DNA of 64,000 nt from an uncultured Acidimicrobiales bacterium (GTDB lineage Bacteria; Actinomycetota; Acidimicrobiia; Acidimicrobiales; SHLQ01), in NCBI GenBank assembly GCA_964562985.1, contig CAZLWE010000004.1, forward strand, positions 17,338 through 81,337, given 5' to 3'. Positions 28,080 to 37,055 of the stretch are shown in pieces. The notes under the pieces are model-generated. The model had not been told where the DNA came from, searched no databases, and saw only the letters and a list, made by a program, of their open reading frames with translations. Every line of letters begins with the position of its first letter. Position 1 is the first letter of the stretch. A program made the position numbers and the translations under genes.

Positions 28080-28450
28080 GCCGAAAGCGATCCAACCAGC
28101 AACAAAAGGGCCGGAAGAAGAGCAAGGCGAAGGCCAAGAAGAAACCGGTCCTAGACCCGGTTGCGTTCTGGGGCGACCACGACACGCTTCCCGAGATCGA
28201 CGGATTTGCGATCTCTACACCCGATCCGGTTGCGGTCATCAATTCGCTCGGACAGCCTCCGCTACCAGGCCATGGTGCCGCAGCACCGCACTACTTTCAG
28301 TTGGTATACGGCCGCGCCACACAACTCGCGTCCGCACTCGCAATGGCGGGCGGAATCGATGACCTCACCCCCGAGATCATCGAAGAGGAAGAGGACGAAG
28401 AGCTCGAAGCTGCAGACGAGGGCAACGAAGTCGAGTCCGAAGAGGAATAA
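28076..28450 (+). CDS. hypothetical small protein, Lys/Arg-rich N-terminus and poly-Glu C-terminus
   Basis: ATGA overlap with the helicase stop suggests translational coupling. 124 aa with MSRKRSNQQQKGRKKSKAKAKKK at one end and EIIEEEEDEELE..SEEE at the other. Confidence 0.6.
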   Translation: MSRKRSNQQQKGRKKSKAKAKKKPVLDPVAFWGDHDTLPEIDGFAISTPDPVAVINSLGQPPLPGHGAAAPHYFQLVYGRATQLASALAMAGGIDDLTPEIIEEEEDEELEAADEGNEVESEEE

Positions 28451-28475
28451 CCTCCCCGGCGCGGCAAGCGCTGCC

Positions 28476-29075
28476 CTAGAAGTCGCAGATGTAGATGCGG
28501 ATCTGATCGACAAATGATAACGAGGCGAACATGGAGAGCGATACCGTGCTGCTGCCGGAGAAGGTGACGGTGTCGTTGTTGCCCTCTGGCGGTATCTCCA
28601 TTCGGCGACGCCCTACCCCGTAGTTGACCCCCGGCACGCCCCACTGCGCATCGGTAGCGGCTAACGAGGCGTCGGTGAAGTCGTACCCGACGATCGTTCC
28701 GGGCAAGGTCACGGTTCCCGTAAGAGTGGCCGTTCCTGTCGCTGGGGAATAGTGAATGAGATACGAACTGACCAGCTGACCTGTCGGGAGGGTCATTCCC
28801 GAGTCGGTGGATTGCCCGGAGGTCAACGTGTTACAGGCCTCGGCAAAGACAAAGAAGTCAGTGTTTGATGAGTACGTCGTGCTGTCAGGTCGCAGCGACT
28901 CCCCTGACGACAGCGTCGCGAAGATCGCGTCGCCGGTGACGGTGGGATCCGGTGCAGAAGCTGCGGCTGCGGCGACACGATCCAAGCCAACCACCGAAGG
29001 CGCAACCCACACAGCGGTCGTCGCGGCCGCGGCCGTCAAGACCCGCCTTCGAGACCGATTGCGCAATTCCGTCAT
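28476..29075 (-). CDS. secreted hypothetical protein with twin-arginine signal
   Basis: ATG at 29075 gives MTELRNRSRRRVLTAAAATTAVWVAPSVVG, a Tat-type signal. I recognised no other domain. Confidence 0.55.
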   Translation of the reverse strand: MTELRNRSRRRVLTAAAATTAVWVAPSVVGLDRVAAAAASAPDPTVTGDAIFATLSSGESLRPDSTTYSSNTDFFVFAEACNTLTSGQSTDSGMTLPTGQLVSSYLIHYSPATGTATLTGTVTLPGTIVGYDFTDASLAATDAQWGVPGVNYGVGRRRMEIPPEGNNDTVTFSGSSTVSLSMFASLSFVDQIRIYICDF

Positions 29076-29178
29076 CTCACACCTTGTATTTACCCTTCGG
29101 CCCCTATCGGCATTGGGCACCGTACGTTGAGCGAGCCACATCGCTGCTCTGCAGAACGGTCGGAATCGCATGGGCTAG

Positions 29179-29874
29179 ATGCTTGGATGGCACCGGTTGA
29201 GCTGCCAAGCTCAACCAGTGCTCCACCTCCCTGAGACTTTGCCCGTCGTCCTTGTGCCCGGAGGGCTCTACGACGATCCCCCGGTAACCGCCCAGTGGTT
29301 TTGGGTAGAGACCGGTGTCGCTCCAATGTTGCAACGACGCAAGGTAGACGTGATCGTGCACGATCGGCCGATCTCACCGAAGTCATGGGAGGAAGAAGCG
29401 AGCGTACTCGAGGCGACCATCGCCGGCGCGGGACACGATCGAGCATCGCTTGTTGCTGGCTCCAACGGATGCAGTGTTGCGCTTCGCCTGATGCTCGACC
29501 GACCTGACCTCGTGGCCCGTGTGATGCTGTGCTGGCCCGCGACCGCAGGTCACCCGGTAATTGACGGCTTGGCACACACGATCATCTCCGACGTACACGA
29601 CGATGCAGCGGCCACCGCTCTGCTCACCGGCAGCCCAATCCGTGGCGTTTCAGTCGACGAACTCTCGACGATTACTGGCGAGGTCGTGGTGTACCCATCG
29701 ATGCCCGAAAGCCAAGCGCACCAGCGATCGACGGTGACCGAACTCCTCTCCTCGATCCCTGGCGTCATGCTCGTCGGTGGAAGCCCCGAACCCTTCGATG
29801 ACTCGTTTGCGGATTTCGTAGAGGGATTCGTGGACCTCGTGGAAGCGTTCTCGAGAGTCCACCACGACGACTAG
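29179..29874 (+). CDS. alpha/beta hydrolase-fold protein (putative)
   Basis: VVLVPGG near the N-terminus and a nucleophile-elbow-like VAGSNGCS. 231 aa. Weak call. Confidence 0.45.
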   Translation: MLGWHRLSCQAQPVLHLPETLPVVLVPGGLYDDPPVTAQWFWVETGVAPMLQRRKVDVIVHDRPISPKSWEEEASVLEATIAGAGHDRASLVAGSNGCSVALRLMLDRPDLVARVMLCWPATAGHPVIDGLAHTIISDVHDDAAATALLTGSPIRGVSVDELSTITGEVVVYPSMPESQAHQRSTVTELLSSIPGVMLVGGSPEPFDDSFADFVEGFVDLVEAFSRVHHDD

Positions 29875-29882
29875 TTCTCTCG

Positions 29883-30638
29883 CTAGAAGAATCGATCGCC
29901 GACGAAGCGAACCACAGGTTCGGGAAGCACGCGGATGGCGCCGACCATCGCCTTGTTGATGGCCCCGGGGATGTGTCGGCGATCGCCCGCCGCTGCGGCG
30001 TCGAGACCGGCACGGGCGACTTCGTCCGCCGTCTGCCAGACAAAGTCGGGGAACTCGTCGGTCGTGTAGTCGCCCCGTTCATGGAACTCGGTGCGGGTTA
30101 GACCAGGGCACAGCGACGTCACGGTGACCCCGGAGTCAGCGAGTTCGGATGCGAGCGCGTTGGAGAGCGACACCACGAATGCCTTCGTCGCGGAGTAGGT
30201 GCTCGAACGGGCCATCGATGTGTAGGCGGCTACCGAGGCGACGTTGAGGATCGATCCCGTGCCCTTCGCCTGAAGCGTCACGGCGGCGGCGTGACTAAGG
30301 CGGTGTAGCGCAAGCACATTGACCCTCACCATGTCGGTCTCTACATCACGGTCATGGGTGATGAACTTGCCGTTGAGTCCAAAACCCGCGTTGTTTACGA
30401 CGAGGTCGATGTCGCCAACCTCGATGCGTTCCTCGACGGTTCGAAGCTGGTCAATGTCGCTCAGGTCAGCTGCGAGCACTTCGGCCTCGACCGGGTGTTG
30501 TTCGGCGATGGCGTTCAATCGATCGACGTCGCGAGCTACCAGCACTACGGGCACTCGACGTCGGCCAAGCTCTTGGACGATCGACAGGCCGATACCACTC
30601 GATGCACCCGTTACTAACGCCTTACTCCATGACGACAT
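29883..30638 (-). CDS. SDR family oxidoreductase
   Basis: TGASSGIG cofactor motif and the YSATK catalytic motif. 251 aa. Confidence 0.9.
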   Translation of the reverse strand: MSSWSKALVTGASSGIGLSIVQELGRRRVPVVLVARDVDRLNAIAEQHPVEAEVLAADLSDIDQLRTVEERIEVGDIDLVVNNAGFGLNGKFITHDRDVETDMVRVNVLALHRLSHAAAVTLQAKGTGSILNVASVAAYTSMARSSTYSATKAFVVSLSNALASELADSGVTVTSLCPGLTRTEFHERGDYTTDEFPDFVWQTADEVARAGLDAAAAGDRRHIPGAINKAMVGAIRVLPEPVVRFVGDRFF

Positions 30639-30688
30639 CGGCTCAGCTTAAAGCCGGTCGTCCGCAGGGCCGACCAACCCCAATCCAC

Positions 30689-31309
30689 CTATTGGAATTC
30701 GACGACGATCGGGTCATCTTGGATCGACGTGGAGGTGAAGTGCGTTGCGACGAACTCGCCGGCCTGTGATCGCACAATCAGCTGGTTCTGATTGGCCAGC
30801 GTGAATCCGACGATCGCGCCGTCGGCAAAGATCGCGGAGAGCGGGCTTGAGCAATTCGGTAATGGGTCGTCGTTGTTGATTATCCAGCCGCCCTGAGCTG
30901 CATTCAGAGTGGAGAATTCGCCGGTGGTGCATTCGTCCCGAAACCACGAGACGATTCCCTCTCCTTCTCGCCATGCGAAAGAGATCGCCGCGTCGTGGAC
31001 CTCCGAGTCGATCGAGTCGATCAACCAGGCGGTGCCTCGCAGGGGAAGAATCTCGCTGGCATTGCGAATCTGGCCAAGACTCGCACTCTCAATGGTTGGC
31101 AAGTCCCGCGACGGTTGGAAGTCGTCAGAACTCGAGCGACCGATGGCCGCGTCGTCGTCTTGGGCGGTTTCGACGGTGCCTTCTTCGGCCCCCTCAACAG
31201 TTTCGCCAACCACGCCACTATTTGTCGTTGTTATGGCGTCGCTACCACAACCAGCCAACGCAAAAGCCAGAAGCAACAGTCCAAGCCACCTCTTCGCCGA
31301 AGTCGTCAT
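30689..31309 (-). CDS. hypothetical lipoprotein (possibly META/HslJ-like)
   Basis: ATG at 31309 gives the lipobox LAFALAGCGS. The C-terminal half loosely resembles a META domain. Low functional confidence. Confidence 0.5.
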   Translation of the reverse strand: MTTSAKRWLGLLLLAFALAGCGSDAITTTNSGVVGETVEGAEEGTVETAQDDDAAIGRSSSDDFQPSRDLPTIESASLGQIRNASEILPLRGTAWLIDSIDSEVHDAAISFAWREGEGIVSWFRDECTTGEFSTLNAAQGGWIINNDDPLPNCSSPLSAIFADGAIVGFTLANQNQLIVRSQAGEFVATHFTSTSIQDDPIVVEFQ

Positions 31310-31360
31310 ACATCTACTATGTCGGACCGAGCGGCACAAAGTTGTGAGCCACCACACGAG

Positions 31361-33835
31361 TCAGCACCACGGTTTGAGCTGAACCTTGGCGTCGACCATG
31401 CGTCCGGGGAGTTCGATCTGCCATTCGCCGGACTCGATCCAGGCTTTGTCGGCTCGTTCGCCCGCATCGACTTCGTCTTGGGGTCGGTACGCCCATGCCA
31501 TTCCGACCGCGGCGCCGACGGTGTGTCCCCACATGCCATCGGTGACGTAGCCGACCCGCACACCATCTCGGTAGACGGGCTCGTGATGATGTAGCAGTAC
31601 CGACTCGTCGTGGACGGCCACCTGAATCAGGCGGCGAGCGTTGCCAAACGCCTTGGCCTTGGCCAGCGCTTCCTTGCCACGGAAGTCCTTGTCCCAGTCG
31701 ATGGCGAAGTTGAGACCCGACTGCACCGGGTTGTCGTCGGGGGTGACCTCGTGGCCCCAGTGGCGGTAGCCCTTCTCGAAGCGAAGGGAGTTGAGCGTGT
31801 GGTACCCAGCAAGCTCCATTCCGTGGGGCTTGCCAGCTTCCATGAGCTGGTCGAAGACGTGCACCGCGAACTCGGTGGGGACATAGAGCTCCCAACCAAG
31901 CTCTCCCACGTAGCTCATGCGGTTGGCCCGCACGTAGCAACTGCCGATGTCGATTGGTTGATGGGTAGCGAACGGGAACGCCTCTTCACTCATATCGGCT
32001 TGGGTAAGGCTCGCCACGATGTCTCGGGATGCCGGTCCCATCACCGCGAGGACTGCATAGGCAGAGGTGATGTCGGTGACGGTCGCGTTCGCTTCGCCGC
32101 CGCTTCCTGAGACAGCACCGTGGTTCAGAATCGCTTGTTCGATCGCAAAGAGGTCACGGGCACGCGTTCCTGCACCACCGATCACCCAGAATTCGCGCTC
32201 GGAGATTCGACTCACGGTGAGGTCGGCCTCGATCCCGCCTTTGTCGTTGAGCCACTGGGTGTATACCGAGCCGCCTACGTCCCCGGTGACCGGGCCTGAT
32301 GACATGTAGCTCATCACGTCCGCTGCATCGCGTCCCTTTACAACGAACTTCGCGAAGGAGGTCAGGTCGAAGAGTCCAGCCTTTTCTCGGACTGCGGTGT
32401 GCTCGATGCGGTTGGAATCGTGCCAGTTCTGACGTCCCCAGCTGTACTCGTATTTCGCTTCGATACCGAGGTCGGGCTTCGCGTAGAAGTTGGCGCGTTC
32501 CCACCCCATAACCGAGCCCCACGCAGCACCGTGCGCCTCCAGCCGGTCGTGCAGAGGCGAGCGACGAATGTCTCGAGCCGTCTCGTACTGGCGGTGTGGC
32601 CAGTGCGGCGCGTAGAGCAACCCGAGTCCCTCGACGGTGCGGTCTCGCAGGAACTTCTCCGTGCCGTGGAATTGCTCGAATCGACGAATGTCGACATCGG
32701 ACAGGTCGATATGTTGTTCGCCCTCGGTCATCCAATAGGCAAGTGCCATACCCGCGCCACCGGCGGATTGGATGCCGATCGAATTGAAGCCCGCGGCCAC
32801 CCACATACCCGGCAGGTTCGGCGCCTCCCCGAGGATGTAGCTGTCGTCGGGAGTGAAGCTCTCGGGTCCGTCGAAGATCAACCGCAGGCCAGCCTCGTGC
32901 AGCTCGGGCACACGATCGAAGGTTGGCGGCAGATACTCCGCCAAATGATCAGCGTCTGGATCGAGCGTGATGAAGGACTTATCGGTCGGCGGTGGGCCGA
33001 CGGCTGGCCATGGGTCGGCGACGGGCTCGAACAACCCAACGAGCAGCGAACCACCCGCTTCAGGCTTGAGGTACGCATAGCGGTCAGGGTCGCGAAGGAC
33101 CGGCCATTCGGCATTGAGGCCCTCGATCGGTTCGGTAACCACGTAGTAGTGATGCGCAGCATGCAGCGGCACCTGTACACCATGTTTGAGAGCGAGGTGA
33201 CGGGTCCAGAGCCCGCAGGCCAGCACGACCTGCTCGGCTTCAATGCGCTGACCGTCGTCGGTGATCACACCGATGCAGCGGCCGTTCTCGACGATGAGAT
33301 CATCTACCCCGGTGCCCTCGTAGAGCTTGGCACCGCCCATGCGAGCACCCTTCATGAGGGCTTGGGTCACGTCGGAGGGACCAACCGATCCATCTTCAGG
33401 TAGCCAGATACCACCGACGATGTCGTCGATGTGACACATCGGGAACTTGTCGACGATCTCGGCGGGTGTGATCTCATCGGCGATCACGCCGAGGTAGCGA
33501 GCCATCGCCGCGGTACGACGAAGCTCTTCCCAGCGATGTTCGGTGCTGGCGAGCGAGATCGCCCCGGGTGCGAGGAAGCCGGTGGCCTGGCCGGTCTCCT
33601 CTTCCAGCGTCTTGTAGAGCTCAAGGCTGTATTGGGCGAGACGGGTCAGGTTCTCCGTCGCCCGGAGCTGCGCGACGAGACCCGCGGCATGCCAGGTAGT
33701 TCCGCCGGTCAGCTCGTGACGTTCAAGCACCGCAACATCGCTACGCCCCAGCTTGGTCAAGTGATAGGCGACCGACGCTCCGACGATTCCTCCACCAACA
33801 ACGACGATCTCCGCGCGATCAGGAACATCAGCCAT
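31361..33835 (-). CDS. dimethylglycine/sarcosine dehydrogenase-family protein (FAD oxidoreductase + GcvT folate-binding domain)
   Basis: N-terminal VVVGGGIVGASVAYHL DAO domain and a C-terminal aminomethyltransferase-like domain. 824 aa. Confidence 0.85.
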   Translation of the reverse strand: MADVPDRAEIVVVGGGIVGASVAYHLTKLGRSDVAVLERHELTGGTTWHAAGLVAQLRATENLTRLAQYSLELYKTLEEETGQATGFLAPGAISLASTEHRWEELRRTAAMARYLGVIADEITPAEIVDKFPMCHIDDIVGGIWLPEDGSVGPSDVTQALMKGARMGGAKLYEGTGVDDLIVENGRCIGVITDDGQRIEAEQVVLACGLWTRHLALKHGVQVPLHAAHHYYVVTEPIEGLNAEWPVLRDPDRYAYLKPEAGGSLLVGLFEPVADPWPAVGPPPTDKSFITLDPDADHLAEYLPPTFDRVPELHEAGLRLIFDGPESFTPDDSYILGEAPNLPGMWVAAGFNSIGIQSAGGAGMALAYWMTEGEQHIDLSDVDIRRFEQFHGTEKFLRDRTVEGLGLLYAPHWPHRQYETARDIRRSPLHDRLEAHGAAWGSVMGWERANFYAKPDLGIEAKYEYSWGRQNWHDSNRIEHTAVREKAGLFDLTSFAKFVVKGRDAADVMSYMSSGPVTGDVGGSVYTQWLNDKGGIEADLTVSRISEREFWVIGGAGTRARDLFAIEQAILNHGAVSGSGGEANATVTDITSAYAVLAVMGPASRDIVASLTQADMSEEAFPFATHQPIDIGSCYVRANRMSYVGELGWELYVPTEFAVHVFDQLMEAGKPHGMELAGYHTLNSLRFEKGYRHWGHEVTPDDNPVQSGLNFAIDWDKDFRGKEALAKAKAFGNARRLIQVAVHDESVLLHHHEPVYRDGVRVGYVTDGMWGHTVGAAVGMAWAYRPQDEVDAGERADKAWIESGEWQIELPGRMVDAKVQLKPWC

Positions 33836-33850
33836 CTACGCGCACCAACC

Positions 33851-33960
33851 AATCTGTGGTCCGATTCCGTTACTATCGCCCGGTTTTCGACCACAGGTCC
33901 CAAAGCCAGCCAATCTGTGGTCGGTGGCCGTTACTATCGCCCGGTTTTCGACCACAGATT
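33851..33960. repeat. tandem pair of ~50-bp hairpin elements (AATCTGTGGTC...CTATCG...GACCACAGATT)
   Basis: Copy A is at 33851-33896 and copy B at 33912-33960. They share the loop core CCGTTACTATCGCCCGGTTTTC. Stems are 8-11 bp. A third copy lies at 62872-62919. Confidence 0.8.
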
Positions 33961-33968
33961 CCTTAGCG

Positions 33969-36413
33969 CTAGCCACGGAGTTGCTCGTTTTGTGGGTCGA
34001 AGGCTGGTTCGGAAAGGACCCTGGCAGGTTTCATTTCGCCGAGGATCATGACGCCGAGTTCGTTGCCGGGTTCGGCGTGGTCGGCGGTGACGTAGGCGAA
34101 GGCCAGACTCTTGTCGACGGTGAAGCCGTAGCCGCCAGACGTGGTGAGGCCGATCGCGTCGGCGTCGTCTGCGGGGCTCGCAAATACCCCTTCGCCACCA
34201 AGGCAGTCGGCAGCACCAGCCACGTCAAGGCCACCAACGTCGACGTCGAGGTAGACGAGCTTCCAGGGGTTACCTGATGGCGGTCGGTCGAGTGCGTCCT
34301 TGCCGACAAAGTCGCCCTTGTCTCGTTTCACGAAGAACTCGACACCTGCCTGTATTGGACCGATGTCGTGAGTGAGTTCGTTGCGAGTGAGGTACGCCTT
34401 TTCGATACGAAGTGAGTTGAGCGCGTGGCCGCCGAAGTCGGCGATGCGGTGCCCCTCCCCCGCTGCCCAGAGTGCGTCGTAGACGGCTTCCATCTGGTCG
34501 ACGTCCATGTGAAGTTCCCAGCCACGAGCGCCGGTGAAGCCAACGCGAAGTCCGTACACATCAACACCGGCAATGCTCATGGGGCGAGCTGACAAGAACG
34601 GGAACGCTTCGTTGGACACGTCGGCTTCGGTGCAGGCTGCCAGCACCTCGCGAGCCTTTGGTCCGACAAGTACAAGCACGCCACGCTTGGTCGAGTAGTC
34701 CTCGATCGTGACGTCTTCACCATCGGCTACCGAGTGGCGTAGCCAGTCGAGGTCGCGCTGTTCGCCCATGGCACCGGAGATCGCATAGAACGAGTCATCG
34801 CCGGCCTTGGTCAAGGTCATTTCGGTCTCGATACGGCCCTGCTCGTTGAGCAGGTAGTTCAGCGAAATGCGACCTTCCTTAGGGATACGTCCGGTGGTGA
34901 TCCGGTTCAAGAAGGTCTCGGCGTCGGGGCCGGTCACCTCGTACTTGGAGAACGCGGTGAGGTCCATCAGGCCGACGCGTTCGCGCACGGCCTTGCACTC
35001 CTCGGCTACCGCGGGATACCAGTCTGGGCGGCGCCAACCGTGGGCGTCTTCGAGGGGCTGGTCTTCGGGGACGAACCACTTGGGTTGTTCCCAGCCGTAG
35101 AACTCGGTGAACATCGCCCTCTTGCCCTTGAGCTTCTCGTACAGGCTCGATACACGCACGGGACGGTTGGCGAGGCGCTCTTCGCCCGGCGGGTGCACCC
35201 GAAACATCCACTCGTAGTCTTCGACCGCCTTCGGGTCGACGTAGTCGTGGTCGGCCCAGCCGAATCGGCGGGGGTCGTAGTGACGCAAGCTGAGTTCGGT
35301 TTCGCCATGCACCATCCAGCGAGCGAGCTCTCGGCCAGATCCTGGACCCCACGCGAGTCCGATCGACGACCCGGTGTTGAGCCAGTAGTTCTTCAAACCG
35401 GGTGCCGGGCCGAGGAGCATGTGGCCGTCGGTCGTGTGGGTGATCGCGCCGTGCACCCAACGTTTGATGCCGACCTCGCCCATCGCCGGAGCTCGGTCGA
35501 AGGCCTCGGCCAGCCACGGGGCGATCTTGTCGATGTCTTCGGGGAAGAGCGGGTTCTCTGCTTCCCAGGGAACGCCGTCCTTCCAGCATTGCTCGGCGCC
35601 TTCGTGTTCGTAGATGCCTATGAGACCAGCGGTCTGTTCCTGGCGGATGTAACCGGCTGCGCGGTTGTCGCGCATGACCGGCATTTCCCAGTCGAGGTTC
35701 GCTGCCATTTCGGGTAGTTCTTCGGTGACAAGGTAGTGGTGCAACACGTTGGCTTGCGGCACGGTGAACCCACTCATGGCCGCGACCTGATCGCCGTAAC
35801 AACCGGCGGCGTCTACGACGTGTTCACAGGTGATCGTGCCTTTCTCGGTCACGACCTGCCATTCGCCATTGGGTTGCTGGGTGACTTCGAGAACCCGGTT
35901 GCGGCGGCTGATCTCAGCCCCCAACGAGCGTGCGTGGTTAGCGAACGCCATGGTTACCCCGGACGGGTCGACATGGCCTTCGCCTTCGGTCCAAATGCCA
36001 GCGATGACGTCGTCGAAGTTGTACAGCGGGTTGAGCTTTTGCAGCTCGTCAGGTGGGAGCAGCTCGATCGGGTACCCAATGTATTTGCCGACACCCAGGT
36101 GCGTCTTGAGCTGGTCGAGTTCATCATCGTTGTAGGCAACCCGAATGCCCCCGGGCGTGTGCAGCGATACCTCTTGGCCGGTCTCGGCAGGCAGTTCGTG
36201 GTAAAGCTCGAGTGCGTAGTGATGGAACGCAGCCGTCGTGTAGTCACCGACCGAGCGTGTGATCTGCCCCGCTGCGTGCCACGTCGAACCCGATGTCAGT
36301 TCGGCCTTCTCGACGAGGATGCACTCGGTCCATCCTTCCTTCGCCAAGTGATACAGCAGCGATGCTCCATGTACCCCTCCGCCGATGATGACTACTCGTG
36401 CTGTTTCGCGCAC
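33969..36413 (-). CDS. dimethylglycine/sarcosine dehydrogenase-family protein, paralog 2
   Basis: Same two-domain architecture as the neighbour (VIIGGGVHGASLLYHL...GcvT-like C-terminus). 814 aa. Confidence 0.85.
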   Translation of the reverse strand: MRETARVVIIGGGVHGASLLYHLAKEGWTECILVEKAELTSGSTWHAAGQITRSVGDYTTAAFHHYALELYHELPAETGQEVSLHTPGGIRVAYNDDELDQLKTHLGVGKYIGYPIELLPPDELQKLNPLYNFDDVIAGIWTEGEGHVDPSGVTMAFANHARSLGAEISRRNRVLEVTQQPNGEWQVVTEKGTITCEHVVDAAGCYGDQVAAMSGFTVPQANVLHHYLVTEELPEMAANLDWEMPVMRDNRAAGYIRQEQTAGLIGIYEHEGAEQCWKDGVPWEAENPLFPEDIDKIAPWLAEAFDRAPAMGEVGIKRWVHGAITHTTDGHMLLGPAPGLKNYWLNTGSSIGLAWGPGSGRELARWMVHGETELSLRHYDPRRFGWADHDYVDPKAVEDYEWMFRVHPPGEERLANRPVRVSSLYEKLKGKRAMFTEFYGWEQPKWFVPEDQPLEDAHGWRRPDWYPAVAEECKAVRERVGLMDLTAFSKYEVTGPDAETFLNRITTGRIPKEGRISLNYLLNEQGRIETEMTLTKAGDDSFYAISGAMGEQRDLDWLRHSVADGEDVTIEDYSTKRGVLVLVGPKAREVLAACTEADVSNEAFPFLSARPMSIAGVDVYGLRVGFTGARGWELHMDVDQMEAVYDALWAAGEGHRIADFGGHALNSLRIEKAYLTRNELTHDIGPIQAGVEFFVKRDKGDFVGKDALDRPPSGNPWKLVYLDVDVGGLDVAGAADCLGGEGVFASPADDADAIGLTTSGGYGFTVDKSLAFAYVTADHAEPGNELGVMILGEMKPARVLSEPAFDPQNEQLRG

Positions 36414-36445
36414 CGAACCCCCAAGAGATGTAACCCTGTCCTACA

Positions 36446-36462
36446 AGTTAGACACTCTAACT
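36446..36462. promoter_or_regulatory. 17-bp palindrome AGTTAGAcacTCTAACT (operator candidate)
   Basis: Perfect 7-bp arms, 33 bp upstream of the start codon at 36413, in a 78-bp intergenic gap. Confidence 0.4.
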
Positions 36463-36491
36463 AACCAAGTCCCATACCGCGAAGCCGCCGC

Positions 36492-36983
36492 CTACACGTC
36501 CTCGCCGTACATGTACCTCAGCGGGTCGGCGAGGAGTTCGATTCGTTCGTTGTCGGGGCCGCGGAAGTAGATCGAGGTTTCGTGTTCGAACTCGATCTCG
36601 ACTCCGGCCTTGGCCAATGAAACCCGAGCAGCGTCTTGGGCAACTTGGGTGACGGAGATCGCGATGTGATGAAAGCCCCCGAGCACCTCTGCGTACTCCC
36701 CCAGGTCGAGGCCGGGGAAGTCGAAGTACGCGAGCAGGTTCCCATTGCCCACGTCGAAGAAGAAGTGGGTCGAGCCCGGAAAGTCGCGGTTCTCGAACAG
36801 CTCCGTAAGCGGGAACCCGAGCACGTCCTGGTAGAAGCGAATCGTTCGTTCGACGTCGGTACTGATGAGCGCGAAGTGATGAACCCCTCGACCGGCGGAG
36901 ACAGGCCGTTCACCCTCAGGTCGTAAATGCCGCTCGCGTAGCGCGGCCCACTCATCAGTGCGGTCGTTCGTTGTGGAGTCCAT
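36492..36983 (-). CDS. VOC (glyoxalase/bleomycin-resistance/dioxygenase) family protein
   Basis: HHFALISTDVERTIRFYQDVLGF and HHIAISV are VOC metal-binding modules. ATG at 36983. Confidence 0.75.
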   Translation of the reverse strand: MDSTTNDRTDEWAALRERHLRPEGERPVSAGRGVHHFALISTDVERTIRFYQDVLGFPLTELFENRDFPGSTHFFFDVGNGNLLAYFDFPGLDLGEYAEVLGGFHHIAISVTQVAQDAARVSLAKAGVEIEFEHETSIYFRGPDNERIELLADPLRYMYGEDV

Positions 36984-37055
36984 CACTTCCCATTCTTGTT
37001 CATCTTGGCGTCGATGTTGTGAGCGAAGGAGCAACTCGGTTAGAGACGAAGCCCA

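Noticed and set aside
33851-33960. Possible CRISPR array
   Set aside because: There are only two adjacent copies with a 15-bp spacer, no cas genes, and the units are internally palindromic hairpins.
36414-36491. Glycine riboswitch upstream of the GcvT-domain genes
   Set aside because: The gaps (78 bp and 133 bp) are too short and are occupied by a simple palindrome and the hairpin repeats. No glycine-aptamer-like motifs were seen.
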